64,000 bases of DNA from an uncultured virus (IMG/VR IMGVR_UViG_3300042691_030539). Its lineage: Duplodnaviria; Heunggongvirae; Uroviricota; Caudoviricetes. This document shows, piece by piece, positions 34,973 through 44,859 of this stretch. Every line of letters begins with the position of its first letter. The stretch's first letter is position 1. The notes beneath the pieces were generated by a model that made no database searches, was not told the DNA's origin, and saw only the letters and a program-made list of their open reading frames with translations. The stretch is from IMG/VR virus record IMGVR_UViG_3300042691_030539; one strand, written 5' to 3'. The position numbers and the translations under genes are program-made.

Positions 34973-35419
34973 ATGATTTATTTATTTACAGGTCAACCAG
35001 GTAGTGGTAAAACTACATTGGCAAAAAAGTTACAATTTTGGTTACAAACGGAAAAAAGAAACTGGCGTAAATCCGTATTTCATATTGATGGTGACCAATT
35101 GAGAGAACTATTCCCAAATAAAGATTATACTAAAGAGGGTAGAGAACGAAATATTCAAAAAGCATTTGATATTGCAAAATATTTGGATGATTGTGGAAAT
35201 GATGTTGTTATAAGTTTGGTATCACCATATAAAGAATTAAGAGATAATTTAAAATCGGAATGCAAAGTAAAAGAAATATACTGTCATACAAAAAAAATTA
35301 GAGGTAGAGAAGATAAATTTGCTTTAGATTACGAGCCTCCTATTGAATTTTTTGTAGATTTAGATACATCTGATACACCGGATAATACATTCACAAAATT
35401 AATAAAAATGTTATGTTAG
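34973..35419 (+). CDS. cysC: Adenylyl-sulfate kinase-like P-loop kinase
   Basis: TGQPGSGKTT, IDGDQLR, SLVSPY...R, YEPP. Confidence 0.75.
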   Translation: MIYLFTGQPGSGKTTLAKKLQFWLQTEKRNWRKSVFHIDGDQLRELFPNKDYTKEGRERNIQKAFDIAKYLDDCGNDVVISLVSPYKELRDNLKSECKVKEIYCHTKKIRGREDKFALDYEPPIEFFVDLDTSDTPDNTFTKLIKMLC

Positions 35420-36451
35420 ATGGAAAAAATAAAACCATTTGTATTTAGTGAGTGGGGAAACTTACATGAAATAATAATTGGAACTGCCCACAATGCACGA
35501 GTTCCATCGGTTGGAGATAAATGCTTACATTGTATTGATTATGCCCACTTATCGGATGATGAATTTAAAAATAGACCTCATGGATTATATCCACAAAAAT
35601 TAATAGATGAAACCAATGAAGATTTGGATGAAATTGCATCTAAATTAACATCTATGGGAATAAAGGTTCACAGACCTTTGGATAGAGATTTCTCCGAATT
35701 AAAGGGGAATGGTATTTGGAATGTAGATGGATATTACAACTACTGCCCAAGGGATTCAATGTTAGTTATTCAGGATAAAGTTTTGGCAACTCCAATGACG
35801 TTGAGGCATAGGCAATTTGAAGCAGAGACTTGTAAGGAATTGTTTGACCAAAATCATTGGTTTGAGGCACCTAAACCAAAACTTTTAGATTCCATTTACC
35901 AAAGAGAAGATTTAAGTAAACCAACTCTTTTGGATGGTGAACCTGTATTTGATGCGGCAAATGTAATCAAAGCAGGATATGATATTCTTTATTTAGTATC
36001 CAACACAGGAAATAAAGATGGTGCAAAATGGTTAGAAACTTGGTTGAGAGAAAATGTAGATAGAAAATATAAAGTACATACTGCAGAAAATATATACGCA
36101 TACATACATATAGATACAACGTTTGTCTTTTTGAGGGAGGGACTGGTTTTATTAAATCCTGCAAGAGTAAACGATAACAATCTACCAGAATTCTTAAAGA
36201 GTTGGGATAAAGTTTGGGCACCCGAACCATATCCAACACAAGTGATGGAAGATTGGTGTCCGGCATCACCATGGTTAGGTATGAATATTCTTTCGATTAA
36301 TCCAAATTTGGTTATGGTTGAGGAACACCAAACCGAATTAATGAAAGAATTAAATAAGTGGGGAATTGATTCTCTGCCGGTAAAAATGAGACACGCTAGA
36401 ACCTTTAGTGGGGGACCACATTGTGTTAGTTTAGATGTAAACCGAATATAG
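35420..36451 (+). CDS. Amidinotransferase (glycine / inosamine-phosphate amidinotransferase family)
   Basis: SEWGNL, CPRD, FDAAN, HIDTT, MNILS, GGPHC: Asp-His-Cys triad intact. Confidence 0.9.
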   Translation: MEKIKPFVFSEWGNLHEIIIGTAHNARVPSVGDKCLHCIDYAHLSDDEFKNRPHGLYPQKLIDETNEDLDEIASKLTSMGIKVHRPLDRDFSELKGNGIWNVDGYYNYCPRDSMLVIQDKVLATPMTLRHRQFEAETCKELFDQNHWFEAPKPKLLDSIYQREDLSKPTLLDGEPVFDAANVIKAGYDILYLVSNTGNKDGAKWLETWLRENVDRKYKVHTAENIYAYIHIDTTFVFLREGLVLLNPARVNDNNLPEFLKSWDKVWAPEPYPTQVMEDWCPASPWLGMNILSINPNLVMVEEHQTELMKELNKWGIDSLPVKMRHARTFSGGPHCVSLDVNRI

Positions 36452-37144
36452 ATGATATTTAATAAGTTATTTACATACGATGATTCACCGATTCCCAATT
36501 GGGAATTTCCAGAACTATTAGATGATAAAACAACATCGAATTTAAAGTGTGAGTTGGAAGAGTTATTTGAATTCAGAAAAGATGAGTTTAAAGTATTTGA
36601 TAGAAATGGATCCATGATGTATGAATGGACCGAATATAATAAAAGAGATACACCCTTTGCATTTGATTTGATATCAGAATTTCACTCTTCAGAGTTTATT
36701 AAGTTTTTAGAAAAAACTACAGGAATAAATGGATTAATACCCGATGTACACTTACATGGTGCTGGATATATGCGAAGTGGTAGAGGTGATAGCTTAAAAA
36801 TACATACGGACTTTAATTGGAATGATAAAATAAAATTGAATAGAGAACTGACTTTAGTTGTATATTTAAATAAAAATTGGAAAGAGGAATGGAATGGTGA
36901 TATACAATTATGGGATAAAAAAAATACTCATTGCGTTAAGAGATACTTTCCAAAGTGGGGGAATTGTGTTATTTGGAAACATGATGAATTAGGATTTCAT
37001 GGCCACCCAAATCCAATAGAATCTCCCGAAGGTGAATTTAGAGATGGATTTAGATTTTTTTACTATACATCAAACGCTACAAATGATAACCCACATAGGA
37101 GTTTATATTGGTTTGATGGAAAAGTACCAATAGATGAAAAATGA
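36452..37144 (+). CDS. 2OG-Fe(II) oxygenase
   Basis: LHGAG, HTDFN (HxD), VYLN..W..EWNG, FHGHP, R. Confidence 0.87.
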   Translation: MIFNKLFTYDDSPIPNWEFPELLDDKTTSNLKCELEELFEFRKDEFKVFDRNGSMMYEWTEYNKRDTPFAFDLISEFHSSEFIKFLEKTTGINGLIPDVHLHGAGYMRSGRGDSLKIHTDFNWNDKIKLNRELTLVVYLNKNWKEEWNGDIQLWDKKNTHCVKRYFPKWGNCVIWKHDELGFHGHPNPIESPEGEFRDGFRFFYYTSNATNDNPHRSLYWFDGKVPIDEK

Positions 37145-38958
37145 TTGATATAGAAAAAATGTATCCGGTCATTAATGACTGGGGATGGGTTACACATTTT
37201 GAAAAACTTCTGACAGAGTATTGTGGATGCAATTATGCGCTGGCGGTAGATTCTAACACAAACGCTATAAAGTTGGTAATTGAGTATTTGAAGATAAAAA
37301 ACGAAAAAATATTTATACCAAAAAATACATATGTATCGGTTCCATCTCAAATAATACATAGTGGTAATATTCCACATTTCATAGATTTGGAATGGGAGGG
37401 TGAGTATCAGTTATATCCATATCCAATATGGGATTCTGCCACTAGGTTTAGAAGAAATATGTACAAAAGAGGTACATATCAGATATTATCCTTTCATTTA
37501 AAGAAAATACTAAATATCGGAACAGGAGGAGCTATATTAACAGATGATAAGCAGTTTATAGAATGGGCCAGACCTATGATATACGATGGTAGGGATTATA
37601 ATAAAATGTATGTAGATGATGATTTTACGTGCATAGGTTACCATATGTATATGACACCGGAACAGGCGAAAAGAGGACTTGAGATATTTCATTCAGATAG
37701 AATAAAAGACCATAATGAAGATTGTGGTTCAGATAAAACCTATAAAGATTTGACAAAACAACCTATATTCCAAAAGTATGTTAGTGTTGAAAAAGAATAC
37801 AAAGATGTATCGATTTTATATGAAAGAAAATATGATTTGATTGATAAAAATACATTTGAAAACAACATTAATATTATAATAAATAATCCTGATCATACAC
37901 CATTAAGTAATATGGATATGGCATCTGTTTTGGATATATCCGAACGGACTATAGAATTACTAAAAACTAAATCAAATATATTTTTTGCAGTATTAGATAG
38001 GCGTGAGGGAAATGAAATTATACCTGATGAATTTTGGAATAGTTTGATAAAGTTTCGTAAAAAGCATGGTATACCTTATGAAAAAATTATTGTTATAAGT
38101 AATAATGTTAGGTTGTATCACAAAGATGTAAAAACTATACCAACTCCATTCTATTTAATAAATCATAAAATGGGACCGACTTTATTGAGTATGGAAAATA
38201 ATCTGGAAAATAATTTAGATGTATCGATAGTTTTAAAATCGGATTTAAATTCTGATAAAATTAGAAAGACTCGATTCTTATCATATAATAGATCCGGAAA
38301 TAGATGGCATCGTGTATTCATGTTATCAAAATTATATAAATTGAATATAATTGATAATATGATTTTTTCATACTATGAAAGTGGTTATTTTAATAATAAA
38401 TCTCAATTTGGTAATCATATTTTTATGCCTGATACATTTGAAACACTCAATATTGCATTGGAAGATAAGTGGGATATTATAAAATTTTTAGTTGATAAAT
38501 GTCCGACCACATTAGATCATGAAACAGCATCATCAGCTGCAGGAGGTCATAATTATTTTTCAAAAAAGGAACACTATTTAGATACATATGTATCTATTGT
38601 AAATGAAACGGGTATAAATGATTATGCAACTTTTATAACAGAAAAAACTATAAGACCTATGTTCAATAGACATCCTTTTATAGTTTGGGGAAATCCGTAC
38701 ATTTTAAGAACACTTCGTTCATATGGATTTAAAACTTTTGATTGGTTAATTGATGAGAGTTATGATGAATGCGAAAATGCTAATGAAAGATTTGATATGA
38801 TTTTAAATCAAATTAAAATATTAAATGAAATGCCAATAGAACAACTACACAAATTATGTTATGATAATTTAGATGTAATGGAACACAATTATGAGAGATT
38901 AAAGACAATTGAATCCGATTATAAATTGAGTAAATATTTCATGAAAAAACTTATTTGA
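37141..38958 (+). CDS. Fusion: DegT/DnrJ PLP aminotransferase (short) + GT10-like domain
   Basis: AVDSNTNA, TYVSV, WDSA, LSFHLKK (PLP Lys), GGAILTDD; C-terminal NET...FITEKT..P..PFIV.G....LRSYGFKTF. Confidence 0.78.
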   Translation: MIDIEKMYPVINDWGWVTHFEKLLTEYCGCNYALAVDSNTNAIKLVIEYLKIKNEKIFIPKNTYVSVPSQIIHSGNIPHFIDLEWEGEYQLYPYPIWDSATRFRRNMYKRGTYQILSFHLKKILNIGTGGAILTDDKQFIEWARPMIYDGRDYNKMYVDDDFTCIGYHMYMTPEQAKRGLEIFHSDRIKDHNEDCGSDKTYKDLTKQPIFQKYVSVEKEYKDVSILYERKYDLIDKNTFENNINIIINNPDHTPLSNMDMASVLDISERTIELLKTKSNIFFAVLDRREGNEIIPDEFWNSLIKFRKKHGIPYEKIIVISNNVRLYHKDVKTIPTPFYLINHKMGPTLLSMENNLENNLDVSIVLKSDLNSDKIRKTRFLSYNRSGNRWHRVFMLSKLYKLNIIDNMIFSYYESGYFNNKSQFGNHIFMPDTFETLNIALEDKWDIIKFLVDKCPTTLDHETASSAAGGHNYFSKKEHYLDTYVSIVNETGINDYATFITEKTIRPMFNRHPFIVWGNPYILRTLRSYGFKTFDWLIDESYDECENANERFDMILNQIKILNEMPIEQLHKLCYDNLDVMEHNYERLKTIESDYKLSKYFMKKLI

Positions 38959-38991
38959 TATACTTATTGGTATAATTAAATAGTTATAAGT

Positions 38992-39573
38992 ATGGAACAA
39001 ACTGATAATTTCTTTCCAAATTTGGAAGAAAGACCAAAAGGTAAGAGGGGTGTGGGTGCAAGACCTCTTTTAGAATCGCAAATAAAAGCGGCACAAGAAA
39101 AATCACAATCTGCATTTGAAGCGGCAAGAACATTGGGTGTATCATATAATACCTATAAGAAGTATGCAAAACTATATGGTATTTTTGAAGATTTAAAAAA
39201 CCCATATGGTATCGGAATTGAAAAAGCAAAACGGATTAAAAATAAAAAATATCACATTGATGATTTGATAGCAGGTAAGCATTTGAAATATCCATTACAT
39301 AAGTTTAAAAATAAATTATTTGATAGTGGGTATGTTCCAAAAGTTTGTTCAAGTTGTGGATTTAGTGAAGAAAGAATAACAGATGGAAAAATGCCGTTAC
39401 TCATAGACTTTCTTGATGGTAATTTGAATAATAGAAAATTAGAAAACATTAGACCACTTTGCTACAATTGCTTTTTTCTATTGGTTGGAGAAAGGAATGT
39501 AAAAAATTGGTACGAAGAAAACGGTGGTATTCCAGATGAAGAAGAAAACGTACAGGAGCAAAGTTCCATTTAG
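38992..39573 (+). CDS. HTH + degenerate HNH/Zn-finger protein
   Basis: AARTLGVSYNTYKKYA; CSSC...LIDFLDGN..N..LEN...LCYNC. Confidence 0.72.
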   Translation: MEQTDNFFPNLEERPKGKRGVGARPLLESQIKAAQEKSQSAFEAARTLGVSYNTYKKYAKLYGIFEDLKNPYGIGIEKAKRIKNKKYHIDDLIAGKHLKYPLHKFKNKLFDSGYVPKVCSSCGFSEERITDGKMPLLIDFLDGNLNNRKLENIRPLCYNCFFLLVGERNVKNWYEENGGIPDEEENVQEQSSI

Positions 39574-40570
39574 AATTAGTTTAGGTGGAGGTGGTACTGA
39601 TATGCCAGATTATTGCAAACATCACATTGGTGCAGTAATTAATACGACAATTCGTCTATTTACACATACATCTTTACAATTAAGAGATGATAGTAAAGTT
39701 ACGTTTAAATGGGTGAATAAAGATGAATATGAAGAGCATGATTTTAGTAGTGATTTGGATTGTTCATATGGGTTGAAATTGTTTAAAGCAACTCACAATC
39801 ACATATGTAAAAGATTTAAGCTAGATACGTTTGGTTATGATATCGTAACATGGCAAGATGTTCCAACCGGAAGTGGTTTGGGAACATCATCTACACTTAT
39901 TGTTTCTCTTATAGGAGTATATACTGAATTGTTTAACCTACCATTAGGAGAGTATGATATAGCAGAAATGGCAATTCAAATCGAAAGAGTTGAATTGGCG
40001 GAAAATGGTGGTAAGCAAGACCAATACGCCGCATCTTTTGGAGGGTGGAATTATATGGAATTCAAAGGTGATGATGTAATTGTTAACCCACTACGAATAA
40101 AAGATAGTATTCAGGATGAATTGGAAAACAATATAGTTCTTTATTTTACAAATTTCACACGAAATAGTTCTGATATATTGGTAGAGCAAGTTGAGAAAAT
40201 GAAAGATAATAACAAAACATCAACATTATCACTCCACGCATTGGCAGAACAGGCAAAGATGATAAAAGATTGTTTGATAAAGGGAAATATTGATGATTTG
40301 GGAGAGATATTGGATTATGGATTTCAGCAAAAGAAAATGTTAGCAAAAGGAATTAGCACACCTGAAATAGAACTATTGTATGAAACTGCAATTAAAGCAG
40401 GTGCAACGGGAGGTAAGATTAGTGGTGCGGGAGGTGGGGGATTTATGTTCTTCTACTGTCCAAATAATACTAAATACGATGTTATAAAAGAATTAGATAA
40501 ATTGAATATGGGATATCATCAAAAATTTACATTTAATAAATTTGGTATGAGAAGTTGGCAAATTGGATAA
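39536..40570 (+). CDS. hddA: D-glycero-D-manno-heptose 7-phosphate kinase (GHMP family)
   Basis: PFRISLGGGGTD, PTGSGLGTSS, GGKQDQY, GGKISGAGGGG. Confidence 0.88.
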   Translation: MKKKTYRSKVPFRISLGGGGTDMPDYCKHHIGAVINTTIRLFTHTSLQLRDDSKVTFKWVNKDEYEEHDFSSDLDCSYGLKLFKATHNHICKRFKLDTFGYDIVTWQDVPTGSGLGTSSTLIVSLIGVYTELFNLPLGEYDIAEMAIQIERVELAENGGKQDQYAASFGGWNYMEFKGDDVIVNPLRIKDSIQDELENNIVLYFTNFTRNSSDILVEQVEKMKDNNKTSTLSLHALAEQAKMIKDCLIKGNIDDLGEILDYGFQQKKMLAKGISTPEIELLYETAIKAGATGGKISGAGGGGFMFFYCPNNTKYDVIKELDKLNMGYHQKFTFNKFGMRSWQIG

Positions 40571-40607
40571 TTTTTTATATGTTTATATTTGATAAAATAA
40601 ATTTAAT

Positions 40608-40991
40608 ATGATATATCAACCAAAAAAGGTAGAAAAGACATGGGGTTATGAATTGTGGATTCACAATGATTCACAATATTGTGGTAAGTTATTGGTATTT
40701 ACCAAAGCAGGTAATCATTTCTCAATGCACTACCATATGATTAAAAATGAAACATGGTATGTACAGAGTGGAGAGTTTCAATTTGATTGGATTGATACTG
40801 AAAATGGAAAAAGAAATTTCACCACATTAAAGCAGGGAGATTGCGTTTACATTCAAAGAGGATTTCCACATAAACTGATAGCATTGGATGATAACGCAAC
40901 TATTTTAGAAGTTAGTACCGAACATTTTGATTCGGATTCTTATAGAATTTATAGAAATACGTGGAATGATTTAGAAAATGCAAACAATTAA
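40608..40991 (+). CDS. Cupin (mannose-6-phosphate isomerase-like)
   Basis: KTWGYE, SMHYH..K.ETW, H, EVST. Confidence 0.82.
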   Translation: MIYQPKKVEKTWGYELWIHNDSQYCGKLLVFTKAGNHFSMHYHMIKNETWYVQSGEFQFDWIDTENGKRNFTTLKQGDCVYIQRGFPHKLIALDDNATILEVSTEHFDSDSYRIYRNTWNDLENANN

Positions 40992-40993
40992 TT

Positions 40994-41194
40994 ATGAGCA
41001 TAAAAACATCTAAAGAAAATATTAGTAAAACGGAAAAACCAACAAAATTTGAATACATATTTGAAGATGAGGAATCTACTTCAATTTGGAAATATGACCT
41101 TAAAAAATTCCCAAACGGACCTATATCTGTGGAATATAAATGGAAGGCACATCATCTAAAAGAATTAGAACTCAAAAGAAAACGTGGAAGATAA
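40994..41194 (+). CDS. Hypothetical protein
   Basis: Short operonic ORF. Confidence 0.6.
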   Translation: MSIKTSKENISKTEKPTKFEYIFEDEESTSIWKYDLKKFPNGPISVEYKWKAHHLKELELKRKRGR

Positions 41195-41222
41195 ATTAAA
41201 TAACAAAAAAAAAAACAAAACT

Positions 41223-41396
41223 ATGAGCAAAAAGCAAGAGTTATTCGAACAAATGAAGGATTTATGGGTAAAGTTCGAAGTAGAGCACGGTAAGACAACA
41301 AAGGTTTCACAAAAGAACGCACGTACCTTAATTGGTGATCTTAAAAAATTAGTAACTGATTATAGAACTGCATCTGTTGAAGAAGGAAAACAATAA
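41223..41396 (+). CDS. Histone H1-like (Hc1-type, Bacteroidota) small protein (start revised)
   Basis: K.SQKNAR..IGDLKKL..DYRTAS resembles the Bacteroidota K.A..RAR....L.KL.KEFRKAS pattern. Confidence 0.65.
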   Translation: MSKKQELFEQMKDLWVKFEVEHGKTTKVSQKNARTLIGDLKKLVTDYRTASVEEGKQ

Positions 41397-41412
41397 TACT
41401 TAACTATCTTTA

Positions 41413-41444
41413 TTTGGAAAATAAAAAAATATTCCGTATATTTG
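41413..41444 (+). promoter_or_regulatory. Bacteroidota consensus promoter
   Basis: TTTG-20 nt-TATATTTG, exact match to -33 TTTG / -7 TAnnTTTG. Confidence 0.8.
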
Positions 41445-41473
41445 GTTATTAACAAATTTAAAAACAAAAAGTT

Positions 41474-41680
41474 ATGGCAAAGTATTATTCAGTTACAGTT
41501 GCAGTCGAAGTAGAAGATGCAAAAGGAAAAATCAAGAAAAACAAAGAGCAGTATTTGGTAGATGCTATGTCTTGTACCGAAGCAGAAGCTAAATTGGTAA
41601 AAAAGTTTACTAATGATGCAGTTAGATTGGAGTATGAGGTAGTCAAAGTTTCCGAAACAAAAATTATTGAAGTATTTTAA
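41474..41680 (+). CDS. DUF4494-like protein
   Basis: KK.KEQYLVDAMSCTEAEAK motif. Confidence 0.75.
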   Translation: MAKYYSVTVAVEVEDAKGKIKKNKEQYLVDAMSCTEAEAKLVKKFTNDAVRLEYEVVKVSETKIIEVF

Positions 41681-42348
41681 TGAAAGAAAAAATATTTTCA
41701 GAATTAGACAAGTGGATTTCTGACAAAGGAAATATGGGTTATATTGAAAATACATATAACCCATATTTTTATGTAGATAACAATTTCTTAAATGAAGAAT
41801 TTGCTATACAACAGGCAAAAGAGGAAATCGTAGAATTTGTAGATATTCTTTTAAATTCTAAAACAAATAGTTGTTTAGAGATTGGATTAGGGCACTATGG
41901 TAGTACCCACTTTTTGTGGAGACAGATTTATGATAGAGTAATTACAATTGAAAAAAACTTTGAAAGAATTAGAGAGTTTGGAAGAAATATGAAAAAATTC
42001 TATGGAGAATGGTGTTTGTCTGATGGACGTTCTCAATTTTTCAATGGGTTTTCAAATGATGAAAAAATAATAGCAGATGTTTATAATAAACTATCTGAAG
42101 TAGATTTTTTATTTATTGATGGAAACCACTCTTATGAATCGGTTTTATGTGATTTCTTATTATATTATCCTCTTGTGAGAAAAGGTGGAATAATTGGATT
42201 TCACGACACAAAATTATCCGAAAGTAATATAGGTGTACCAAAATTGATTTCGGAAATAAGAGATGGTAAGTTTACAAATGGAAATAGGATAAAAGTTGAT
42301 GATATTTTTCATAGTAATTATTTGGGAATAAGTTATTTTATAAAGTAA
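41680..42348 (+). CDS. Class I SAM-dependent methyltransferase
   Basis: LEIG, DFLFIDGNHSYE, GGIIGFHD. Confidence 0.87.
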   Translation: MKEKIFSELDKWISDKGNMGYIENTYNPYFYVDNNFLNEEFAIQQAKEEIVEFVDILLNSKTNSCLEIGLGHYGSTHFLWRQIYDRVITIEKNFERIREFGRNMKKFYGEWCLSDGRSQFFNGFSNDEKIIADVYNKLSEVDFLFIDGNHSYESVLCDFLLYYPLVRKGGIIGFHDTKLSESNIGVPKLISEIRDGKFTNGNRIKVDDIFHSNYLGISYFIK

Positions 42349-43610
42349 TGAAAAAAGTATTATTTATATCCGGATTGGATAGAGATTCTATGATGTTAAC
42401 ATATCTAAAACCATATATGGTAAATAGAGGATATGATATTATCAGAGATGAACGTCCTTTTCACTCACCTGTACTCAATTGGTCCGAAAATAAAGAGCAG
42501 TTATTGGAAAATATAGAAGGACATTATTCTTTCAAATTCAAAGATGTAGAAATAGACTATAAAATATCCCAAATAGGATATGGATTTATGAAAGAAAACT
42601 TTGAGTTTGCAAAAGAGCAGATAAATAAGTTTGGATATGATAAAGTATATCTTTTTGTTAGACAATTTTTCCCAATAGGATTTGATGAATCACAATTTGA
42701 ATCTCCTGATAAAAACATTTTAGAAGTCATATATCTGAATGTAAATGAAGCATTTCACGAAGCAGATGATAGAATTTTGAATTTTTTAAATAACCATAAA
42801 GTTATATCTTCAGGTGCATTCGGTCACAATCATACTAATTTTTACTATGAACCATTTTTGAATTTATTATACTTTTATTATATTTACGGATTTGATTTTT
42901 TATCATACAGATATTTTAAAGTTGACAAGCAGAATTTAATTGGATTATATTTAAAAAAGAATTATAAACCCCAAAGAGATGATTTGTATAATGAAATCAT
43001 TGATAAGTTTGTAAAAAATGGAGTTCCAAATGATTTAGTAGAAATTTACGATACCATAGGAACTAAACCAAAGTTCTTAACAGATTTAATAACGATACAC
43101 TATACGACGGGTTGGGAAAAGAATCACTATTCAACGTATACCGATTATCTAACATCGGCATGTGCTTTTTTATTTGAAACTACAAACTATTCCAATTTCT
43201 ATTGGCCGTGTAATTCAAAAAATAGACAGTATATAACGGAGAAAACGTTAAAAGCTATTTTGTTTTCTAAACTCAATATTCCATTTATAGTCGATATGAA
43301 TCCGTATAATTTTTTAGAATTGCATAAATTGGGATTTTGGTTTATGAATACGGAATTTTTTGAATTTGACAAAGTAAATTCAGATGAAGAAATATCTGAA
43401 AATTATAAAAATTCCATAGATAAAAGTATAGAGCACGTTTTAAATATATACAAAGAAAATAATTCCGATTTAAATGAAACGCATTTGGAATTTAAAAAAT
43501 TGTATGGTGATAAAATGCAAAATAATTTTAATCAATTTATGAAATATTTAGAAGGGCCTAAAAATTGTGATAAACTAATTGAATTTATATTATATGGACA
43601 CAGAGATTAA
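42348..43610 (+). CDS. GT10-like hypothetical protein
   Basis: FET...YITEKTLK...PFIV, same motif as C-terminal half of 37141 ORF. Confidence 0.55.
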   Translation: MKKVLFISGLDRDSMMLTYLKPYMVNRGYDIIRDERPFHSPVLNWSENKEQLLENIEGHYSFKFKDVEIDYKISQIGYGFMKENFEFAKEQINKFGYDKVYLFVRQFFPIGFDESQFESPDKNILEVIYLNVNEAFHEADDRILNFLNNHKVISSGAFGHNHTNFYYEPFLNLLYFYYIYGFDFLSYRYFKVDKQNLIGLYLKKNYKPQRDDLYNEIIDKFVKNGVPNDLVEIYDTIGTKPKFLTDLITIHYTTGWEKNHYSTYTDYLTSACAFLFETTNYSNFYWPCNSKNRQYITEKTLKAILFSKLNIPFIVDMNPYNFLELHKLGFWFMNTEFFEFDKVNSDEEISENYKNSIDKSIEHVLNIYKENNSDLNETHLEFKKLYGDKMQNNFNQFMKYLEGPKNCDKLIEFILYGHRD

Positions 43611-43839
43611 ACAAGAAAAAGAGTTAGTTCTTAAAAGAGTACCACCGGGTGATAGATGGGTGTTTGCCGATGGGGGTAAAACTATCTACCCATCCCTAAC
43701 AGATGGATTAGAAGCTTGGTATCAACAAAATGGCGATACCAACTTTTACATTGAAGCAAGAAAAGGAACTGTCGAAATAATTAGAGAAGAAGAAGTGGAA
43801 GTACCTGTAAAACGTTTTTCACTTTATGGAGAAGATTAA
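43594..43839 (+). CDS. Hypothetical protein
   Basis: RVPPGDRW...SLTDGLEA; ATG at 43594. Confidence 0.6.
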   Translation: MDTEIKQEKELVLKRVPPGDRWVFADGGKTIYPSLTDGLEAWYQQNGDTNFYIEARKGTVEIIREEEVEVPVKRFSLYGED

Positions 43840-44254
43840 AACGTTGGTTATAGCTAGTGGGTATTTTAATCCAATACATAAAGGACATGTAGAATATCTA
43901 AATAGGTCAAAATCATTGGGTGATTATCTATTTGTGATTGTAAATAATGATTATCAAAGGAGTTTGAAGGGGTCTAAAGAGTTTATGAATCAGGATGAAA
44001 GGAGAACTATTTTGAAAAACATAAAATGTGTTGATGATGTAATCATTTCAATAGATACAAATAGGCAAGTTGATAATACAATAGAATTTATTTATAAACA
44101 AATGAAAGACCAATATCAAAGATTTTTATTTACAAATGGTGGAGATCAAACATCTGATACGATTGCAGAAAAAGATGTATGTACAAAATTAGGTATAGAA
44201 ATGGTGTTTGGATTGGGTGATAAAATTCAATCATCGTCTTGGTTAATAAAATAA
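43826..44254 (+). CDS. Cytidylyl/adenylyltransferase (RfaE/TagD-like)
   Basis: SGYFNPIHKGH (HxGH), VNND, NGGD, KIQSSS. Confidence 0.88.
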   Translation: MEKIKTLVIASGYFNPIHKGHVEYLNRSKSLGDYLFVIVNNDYQRSLKGSKEFMNQDERRTILKNIKCVDDVIISIDTNRQVDNTIEFIYKQMKDQYQRFLFTNGGDQTSDTIAEKDVCTKLGIEMVFGLGDKIQSSSWLIK

Positions 44255-44257
44255 TTT

Positions 44258-44566
44258 ATGAGTTTTATAATTGGTAAAAATTGTATTGGATGTGTTGATA
44301 CGGCTTGTGTAAATGTTTGCCCTGTTGATTGTATTAATGGACCAATTTATACGGATAAAACTGCAGAAGAAGTTAAATCAATGTCGAAAGAAGATTTGGA
44401 AGATAAACAACTATACATAAATCCAATAATTTGTATAAATTGCGGAGCGTGTATACCGGAATGTCCCGTCGATGCAATATACAGAGATGAAAATGAAGCA
44501 ATATTAATGGGGGATGTGGAATCCGTACATAAAAATTATGAGTTTTATGGATTAGATTTTAACTAA
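44258..44566 (+). CDS. Dicluster (7Fe/8Fe) ferredoxin
   Basis: CIGCVDTACVNVCPVDC and CINCGACIPECP. Confidence 0.92.
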   Translation: MSFIIGKNCIGCVDTACVNVCPVDCINGPIYTDKTAEEVKSMSKEDLEDKQLYINPIICINCGACIPECPVDAIYRDENEAILMGDVESVHKNYEFYGLDFN

Positions 44567-44619
44567 TTTTTTTATATATTTATATTTACTAATAAATTGT
44601 TCACTTAAAAAACAAAACA

Positions 44620-44829
44620 ATGGGATTATTTTCATTCATCAAAAACATCTTTAGTAAGGTTGAAGAGGTAACAAATCAGGCCGAAAACGTTATTGAAAAT
44701 GTAAACGAAAAAGCTGCACAAGTAAAAAAGCAAGTTGAAAAAGTAAAGAAAACAACTGCAAAAGTTAAAAATGTGACAGAAAAAGTTGAAGCAAAGGTAA
44801 AAAAACCTAAAGCTAAAAAGAAGCAATAA
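44620..44829 (+). CDS. Small Lys-rich hypothetical protein
   Basis: Amphipathic MGLFSFIKNIF N-terminus, basic tail. Confidence 0.6.
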   Translation: MGLFSFIKNIFSKVEEVTNQAENVIENVNEKAAQVKKQVEKVKKTTAKVKNVTEKVEAKVKKPKAKKKQ

Positions 44830-44859
44830 CGAATTTAGTGTAAAGTAAATCGGAAAATA

